64,000 nt of DNA from Ferruginibacter sp. (GTDB taxonomy: Bacteria; Bacteroidota; Bacteroidia; Chitinophagales; Chitinophagaceae): positions 38,201 to 102,200 of the forward strand of contig JBGSMI010000065.1 in the NCBI GenBank assembly GCA_041740215.1, given 5' to 3'. Under the pieces are notes generated by a model that had not been told where the DNA came from, did not search any database, and saw only the letters and a list, made by a program, of their open reading frames with translations. A program made the translations under genes and the position numbers. Every line of letters starts with the position of its first letter. Position 1 is the stretch's first letter. Below are positions 58,878 through 64,000 of the stretch, in pieces.

Positions 58878-61397
58878 TTAACTTTTAACTTTTATCCTGT
58901 TGGCATCTGCATTGGTTGCTCTTTCTCTTGCCTGGTATTTACTTTTGCCAAAGCTCCAGCTTAGTTGTAAACGCAGACCACGGCTTTCCCACTTGCGGCG
59001 ATAGGCGAAATCCTGGTTGGCAAACTGTACTTTTTGTTCAAAGCGTTGTGTATTAAAAATATCCAGCATCGTCAGGCGAATGGAAGCCTTATTGTTTAAA
59101 AGTGATTTTTTTACACCAACATCTACACTGCCCAACCAACTTGTTTTAAAGATGGCTTCTTTGGTACCAGCATTGAACCAACTGTTCAGTTGCATGCTCC
59201 AGCCTTTACCAGCCTTAAAATTTTGCTGAATATAGTAGTTCATTCCCAATACGTTTTCATCCAGTTTTCCATCGGGCAACATGCCTTTGTAATGATTCAT
59301 AAAGCCGGTGAGATTGATATACCCATCCCACCATTTCGTAAACGGCAATGGGCTGCTAATACTGAGATAAGCATTATCCAATGTGCCGATATTATCATTG
59401 GTGGCGCTGGTTAATTGCCCCACCTGTCTTGAAATAGTTTGGCTGTAATCTTTTGTGTGATTGAATCCGACAGCTACATTGATGGCATATTTGTAAGTGT
59501 ATTTCAGTTCAAAGTTATTGGTGTATTGCGGGCGTAGATAGGGATTACCTTTTTCGCTGGTATAAATATCATAGATGGTTTCAAATGGATTAAGCGATTG
59601 ATAGTCGGGCCGGTTGATGCGTTTGCTATAGCTAAGTGCAAACCTATTTTTCTCATTCATCTTATAACTTACAAATGCCGTTGGAAAAACATTGATGTAA
59701 GTGGTATCAGGATTTTTGATGTTATTATTTTTCAAATCAACCGAGTTGCCGCTTACCACAGCATTCTCTACACGAACACCCAATTGATACTCAAACTTTT
59801 TTATTTGCTGGCTAAAATTGATGTAGGCTGCATAAATATTTTCTTTGTATTTAAAAATATTGCTTCTGCCTGTATCTGCCTTCATTGCAGTTCCGTTTAA
59901 TGTAGTGGCAAACAAATCATTGTTCGTAGTTACGTTACTCAGCTTTACTCCGCTTTCCATTTTGGCCTTTAGCTTTTTTATTTGTTTACTATAATCTGCT
60001 TTAACAGCATAGATGTTTATGTTGGTAGCCACATCCAAATCGTTGGCGGTGTAGTTGTATCTGCTGAAATTTTTATCAAGATAAGTAGTGGTAAGATTGG
60101 TGAGGTTGGTATTTTTGAAATAAGTGTAGTCTGCATCAATGATCAGTTCACTACCCAATGTATCTTCATATTTATAATTAAAGTTGGTATTGTAGCGGCG
60201 GTTTTTATACAAGTTTTCGTTGGTGGTTTGCAACGATGAGTCAACGTTGCCATTGCTGCTGATGAATGTACTACCGGGTGTGGTGAAGGGTGTACGGTTA
60301 CTATTCATGTTAAATAGAAAGCCAAAAGTGCTTTTTTTATTGGCATAGAAATCAATACCGGTTCTGGTATTGTAGCTGGTGTTTTTATCTTTATCAATGG
60401 TGCTGTTTAAAAAGTTTTTGTTGATGCCATTCACCAGCACATTGCGGTCTATATCACCAGTAGTATGCTGCAGGTTATTGTCAATGCCCGAATTTACAAA
60501 AGCATTTATTTTTCCCTGCCGGTGGTTGAGGTTAAAGCTTCCATTGCTGCGGTAGTGTACATTCTGCGTGTAGCCGCCAGTTACATTTCCATTGGTGCCT
60601 TTTATTTTATTTTTTTTCATACGAATGTTGACGATGCCGGCATTCCCCTGTGCATCAAACCGCGAAGATGGATTGGTAATAAGTTCTATCTTTTCTATTG
60701 TATTGCCAGGCAGGCTGCGTAAATAATTGGCCAACTCCTTACTGCTCATTTGAGTGGGCCTGCCGTCAATCAATACATTTACGCCGGCTTTACCGCTCAT
60801 ATTTATTACATCATCGCCTGTAATGCTAAGGCCTGGTGCTTTCTGCAAAATTTCAAAAGCACTGCTGCCAATGGCGTTGATATCTGCCTGCACATTCACC
60901 ACTGTTTTATCAATCTGTTGTTCTATAAATGGCCTTTTAGCATTCACTACAACTTCTGCCAGTCTACTGGCTATACCTTGTTTTAAAACGATGTCTTCTG
61001 TTTGTGCAGAGCCATCTCCATTTTTTACAATCAATCCCAGCACAACAATTTTTTTACCGGCTGGCACTCCAAAATAAGTTCGTGGGTTCAGCGTAATTTC
61101 CCATCGGTTGCCGCCTAGAAATATTAATTTTCCACCCTCTACCGGCGCACTAAAGTTTATTTGAGTTTTGGGAGCAAATTCAAAAGCATCGGCATCCGAG
61201 CTACCGGCACCGCCCCACAAATACAAGCCATCCGTTTTGCCTAACATGCTTTTTATTTTTTCTCCCTGACTAAGGTTTAGGTTAAACTGGATGCTGATGG
61301 TGGTTTCAAAATCCGCATTTAGGGGTGTGTAAGAAACCAATTGCGCTTTGGTAGCCAGGCTGATAAAGATAGAAACGATGCTGATGAACTTTTTCAT
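58878..61397 (-). CDS. TonB-dependent-receptor-like outer membrane beta-barrel protein with an atypical N-terminal domain
   Basis: Signal MKKFISIVSIFISLATKAQ; ~120-aa extra domain; LAEVVVNAKRPFIEQQIDKTVVNV; plug EILQKAPG; barrel YSKRINRPDYQSLNPF, GNPYLRPQY, DIFNT; start moved to ATG 61397. Confidence 0.88.
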   Translation of the reverse strand: MKKFISIVSIFISLATKAQLVSYTPLNADFETTISIQFNLNLSQGEKIKSMLGKTDGLYLWGGAGSSDADAFEFAPKTQINFSAPVEGGKLIFLGGNRWEITLNPRTYFGVPAGKKIVVLGLIVKNGDGSAQTEDIVLKQGIASRLAEVVVNAKRPFIEQQIDKTVVNVQADINAIGSSAFEILQKAPGLSITGDDVINMSGKAGVNVLIDGRPTQMSSKELANYLRSLPGNTIEKIELITNPSSRFDAQGNAGIVNIRMKKNKIKGTNGNVTGGYTQNVHYRSNGSFNLNHRQGKINAFVNSGIDNNLQHTTGDIDRNVLVNGINKNFLNSTIDKDKNTSYNTRTGIDFYANKKSTFGFLFNMNSNRTPFTTPGSTFISSNGNVDSSLQTTNENLYKNRRYNTNFNYKYEDTLGSELIIDADYTYFKNTNLTNLTTTYLDKNFSRYNYTANDLDVATNINIYAVKADYSKQIKKLKAKMESGVKLSNVTTNNDLFATTLNGTAMKADTGRSNIFKYKENIYAAYINFSQQIKKFEYQLGVRVENAVVSGNSVDLKNNNIKNPDTTYINVFPTAFVSYKMNEKNRFALSYSKRINRPDYQSLNPFETIYDIYTSEKGNPYLRPQYTNNFELKYTYKYAINVAVGFNHTKDYSQTISRQVGQLTSATNDNIGTLDNAYLSISSPLPFTKWWDGYINLTGFMNHYKGMLPDGKLDENVLGMNYYIQQNFKAGKGWSMQLNSWFNAGTKEAIFKTSWLGSVDVGVKKSLLNNKASIRLTMLDIFNTQRFEQKVQFANQDFAYRRKWESRGLRLQLSWSFGKSKYQARERATNADANRIKVKS

Positions 61398-61451
61398 GTA
61401 ATATTTTTTCGTTGTTTGATAAAGCAAAACTACCCTTATCGGGGAGGCTGG

Positions 61452-61475
61452 TCGCTGCAAATCATGTTTTGAGAC
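61452..61475 (-). promoter_or_regulatory. Shared 24-bp upstream motif, copy A (GTCTCAAAACATGATTTGCAGCGA)
   Basis: 21/24 identical to the copy at 63034-63057; both lie on the sense strand, ending about 55-65 nt before ATGs. Confidence 0.65.
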
Positions 61476-61578
61476 TACACTAGTTGGTCTCAAAAAATCA
61501 ATGACGTCTCAAATCCCTGTGGTGGCTTTTAGCGCCACCAGCGGTTGAGCAGGATTTTCTCTTCTTCAAAAATTTTAC

Positions 61579-61935
61579 TTATCCTTCTACTTTGGACTCA
61601 ATCTTCAACACATTGTCATTAAAGTTTTTTAAAATCAAATGCCCGTTGGCAGGTACAGAAATAGTCAGCGACTTGCCCGCCATCAGCGATGGATTTATCC
61701 ATTTTTCATTACCATTATCTGTTACCTTGTACACTTCACAAGATTGCGTTTCTGTAGAATTGGTAAGTGTTACGGTAAATGAAGGATGAACCGTGTTTCT
61801 CCAAATCCTCAATTCTCCTTTTGCAGGTAATTCAATTGTTCCTTTTTTGGGTTGAATCGCTTCGATGCTCCCGATTGAATTACAGGAATAAGTAATCGTG
61901 GCGATGGTCAATAATGCAAATAGAACTATTTTCAT
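61579..61935 (-). CDS. Small hypothetical lipoprotein
   Basis: Lipobox TYSC at residue 18; 118 aa; 57 nt downstream of the GIN gene. Confidence 0.75.
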   Translation of the reverse strand: MKIVLFALLTIATITYSCNSIGSIEAIQPKKGTIELPAKGELRIWRNTVHPSFTVTLTNSTETQSCEVYKVTDNGNEKWINPSLMAGKSLTISVPANGHLILKNFNDNVLKIESKVEG

Positions 61936-61992
61936 TTTTTTAGTTTTTGTTATGAGCGATTCAATTCAATTGATTATTTTGCTTATAAAACT

Positions 61993-62970
61993 TTATTTAA
62001 TGTTAAATGACCTTCCTTCATCTTCTTTCTTCACAATAAGAAAAGGAGGTTGGTCAGCTATTTTTTCACCACTCATGACGGTATTTACCTGGTCGTTATT
62101 GGCAAGGTAAATTTTGGTACCCTCTGGAAATTTGAATGATTTACTGCCCAAAGGAATAAGCATAAATTGGATGGTGCCATTTCCTTTCTCATAAGGATTA
62201 TAAGAGATAAGGCTGATTTTTGCTGGCAGCATGCTATTGTTCTTTAAACTGAATCTGGTGAGTGATATCCTTTTTTTATCAGAATGATTTTCTCCGCCGG
62301 CTACTTCTTTTTTATCTGTGTAAAAAAGATTGCTGATTTTATTATTTCCTTCTAACAATTTTTCTTTTATTTCTTTTGTATTCACTTCAATTTCCGAATT
62401 GCCCCTGGCACTGAGGTTTATCTTTTCCGCCAGCAACTTTCCTGCTTTTACATCGGCATTACCTGTTAATTGTAAATTGAGTTCACTCACTTTCCCCGTA
62501 AGTGTAATGTCGGGATTGCCATCGGCTGCTATTTTAAAGACCGGTTGCTTCTGTAGTTTTACTTCCACTTTGTTGTTGCCTTTATTTACCAGCGTTTCAA
62601 GCGATGGCGTCTTGACGCTAATTAGCATATTGCTGGATGATAACCAACGGGGATATTTGCCACCGGTATAATCCATTGTTATTTGCAAACTGTCTCCAAC
62701 TTGCTTAAAGCGAAAGAATTTTTTTAGGTTGTCATCAATAGATACACTCATTGTATATTGCCCTGCGGTTGGCTCTACATTTATTGTTACATTGATATTG
62801 TTTACTTCAATAATGCGGAATGGCTTAACCGCTGGCTTAATTTCTACCATCTTACCATTGCCATCCAATTGTTCCCAGATTTTGCCATTCCATTTTGAAT
62901 ACTTTGTTTGGGAAAAAGACAATTGCTGGATAACTGCCAGCAGAATAAAAGAAAAGATTATTTTTTTCAT
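61993..62970 (-). CDS. GIN (DUF2807) domain protein with an extra C-terminal domain
   Basis: Signal peptide; DGNGKMV..KPF..IEV, then beta-helix repeats (LTGNADVKAGKLLAEKINLSARGNSEIEV); start moved to ATG 62970. Confidence 0.8.
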   Translation of the reverse strand: MKKIIFSFILLAVIQQLSFSQTKYSKWNGKIWEQLDGNGKMVEIKPAVKPFRIIEVNNINVTINVEPTAGQYTMSVSIDDNLKKFFRFKQVGDSLQITMDYTGGKYPRWLSSSNMLISVKTPSLETLVNKGNNKVEVKLQKQPVFKIAADGNPDITLTGKVSELNLQLTGNADVKAGKLLAEKINLSARGNSEIEVNTKEIKEKLLEGNNKISNLFYTDKKEVAGGENHSDKKRISLTRFSLKNNSMLPAKISLISYNPYEKGNGTIQFMLIPLGSKSFKFPEGTKIYLANNDQVNTVMSGEKIADQPPFLIVKKEDEGRSFNIK

Positions 62971-63033
62971 TACGGTGATTTTTGTAGTTGAATAATTTGT
63001 TTCAACAAAGATGCGGTCATGCAAGGGCGGCAA

Positions 63034-63057
63034 TCGCTGCAAATGATGATATGAGAC
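63034..63057 (-). promoter_or_regulatory. Shared 24-bp upstream motif, copy B (GTCTCATATCATCATTTGCAGCGA)
   Basis: 21/24 identical to the copy at 61452-61475. Confidence 0.65.
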
Positions 63058-63083
63058 AGTGTAAAGGAGTATTAAATAAAAAT

Positions 63084-63112
63084 AGCCGCCTCAAATATGA
63101 TTTGAGACGGCT
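63084..63112 (-). terminator. Intrinsic terminator after the serine hydrolase gene
   Basis: Minus strand AGCCGTCTCAAAT-CAT-ATTTGAGGCGGCT followed by ATTTTT. Confidence 0.75.
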
Positions 63113-63180
63113 CAAGAAAGTTTTCAGAAATCACCAATAATGAAAATAAAGCGATTAAGTTATACCAACAGACTATTGTT

Positions 63181-64000
63181 TTAATAAAGCCCCTCCAGTA
63201 CTTTTTTAGTATTCTCATCATTGGGGTCAAGCTCCATTGTCCGCTGATAACTTTTTATTGCATTGGATGTATCACCAACTGCCACAAAGAAATCTCCCCA
63301 TCGGCTAAAAACAATAGATGCGTTCGGGAATTTTTCCTGCGCCAGTTCCAGGATGGCTCTTACCGCATCAAGATCCTTTTGTTTTTTTGAAAACAGGTTG
63401 TAAGCCAGGTAGGTGAGCTGGTATTCGTTCATATTCATTTTTGCGTAGCCTTCTTTTGCGGCAGCATATCTTTTTGCAAGCAGATGCTCTGAGGGCGAAA
63501 ATTCATCGGCTTTCATTTTAGGCATTGGGTCTTTTTGGTATTCATTCCGCAGGCCCGTTACATTGTTATTTGTATTACGGTAAAAAAATCCTTTTATATT
63601 AAAGTCAGTAAACACAATGCTGTCTTTACCGGTGGGGAAACAATAGATGTCTTTACCCTGGTTGATATTTTCCACGAGGTAATTTTTCTCCCGGCGCAGG
63701 TACAGCACTTCATCATCTGCCATGCGGTAGCGGCCGGTAAATTTATCAAGTGCCGCTGCACTCATTGAAATGGGGTTTATTTCTTCAGGCAAAAAATTGT
63801 TCCAGCCGTAAACCTGTGCCACCGACCTTCTCAGTTCCATGCCAAAGCCATTAAAATCATCACCGCTGTTCATCATAATTACTACGCCGTTGCCATCTTC
63901 CACACTGCCCATTGCATAAGTTACAAAGCCTGCGTTAACACCCTGGTGTTCAAAATATTTTCCTTTTCTGTTTCTGTTACCGGTTCTTTCCAATAAAAAC
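63181..64000 (-). CDS. C-terminal part of a serine hydrolase (beta-lactamase family) with a C-terminal TPR; 5' end lies beyond the window
   Basis: YFEHQGVNAGF (HxG motif), GVVIMMNS, linker domain, TPR GDTSNAIKSYQRTMELDPNDEN; the frame is open to the window edge. Confidence 0.8.
   Translation of the reverse strand, partial: FLLERTGNRNRKGKYFEHQGVNAGFVTYAMGSVEDGNGVVIMMNSGDDFNGFGMELRRSVAQVYGWNNFLPEEINPISMSAAALDKFTGRYRMADDEVLYLRREKNYLVENINQGKDIYCFPTGKDSIVFTDFNIKGFFYRNTNNNVTGLRNEYQKDPMPKMKADEFSPSEHLLAKRYAAAKEGYAKMNMNEYQLTYLAYNLFSKKQKDLDAVRAILELAQEKFPNASIVFSRWGDFFVAVGDTSNAIKSYQRTMELDPNDENTKKVLEGLY

Noticed and set aside
61398-61493. 32-aa N-terminal extension of the barrel protein in the track
   Set aside because: It runs through the upstream regulatory motif, and the signal peptide starts at ATG 61397
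1-64000. tRNA, rRNA, transposase, integrase or prophage genes
   Set aside because: No T-loop or anticodon-arm patterns, rRNA signatures, or DDE/tyrosine recombinase motifs seen by eye; tRNAscan-SE and Infernal runs would be needed to exclude them fully

Overview
Chromosomal window from a Bacteroidota bacterium, most likely Chitinophagaceae. This is inferred from the TAnnTTTG promoters, the SusC/SusD pair, gldKLMN/gldB, and the acpP-fabF-rnc and gldB/nadE gene orders. Most of it is core or housekeeping: a Mo-hydroxylase IorAB-type cluster with MocA, murQ-anmK beside a DeoR-SusC-SusD locus, lpxD, an LpxL-family acyltransferase, two desaturases, acpP-fabF-rnc-gpsA, hemW, T9SS/gliding motor gldKLMN, uvrC, gpmI, nadC, yciH, apaG, gldB, nadE and a short Bat operon. 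I saw no rRNA, tRNA, CRISPR array, transposase or integrase. The most notable items are: (1) an AT-rich HEPN gene coupled to a small partner that resembles a degenerate nucleotidyltransferase; (2) an ECF sigma next to a probable dual-membrane-spanning (Dma-like) anti-sigma; (3) a TonB-type barrel whose usual N-terminal domain is replaced by a module resembling the N-terminus of Bacteroidota alpha-amylases, and which shares a 24-bp upstream motif with a neighbouring GIN-domain operon; (4) a GH18-like lipoprotein paired with an ~800-aa helical-repeat protein; (5) a probable peptidoglycan-sugar utilisation locus; (6) five genes whose promoter box ends 3-5 nt before ATG (probable leaderless mRNAs); (7) a G7 frameshift in hemD and a decayed T9SS-cargo pseudogene; (8) several structured intergenic or REP-like elements. 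All family assignments come from motif recognition by eye, not from database searches.
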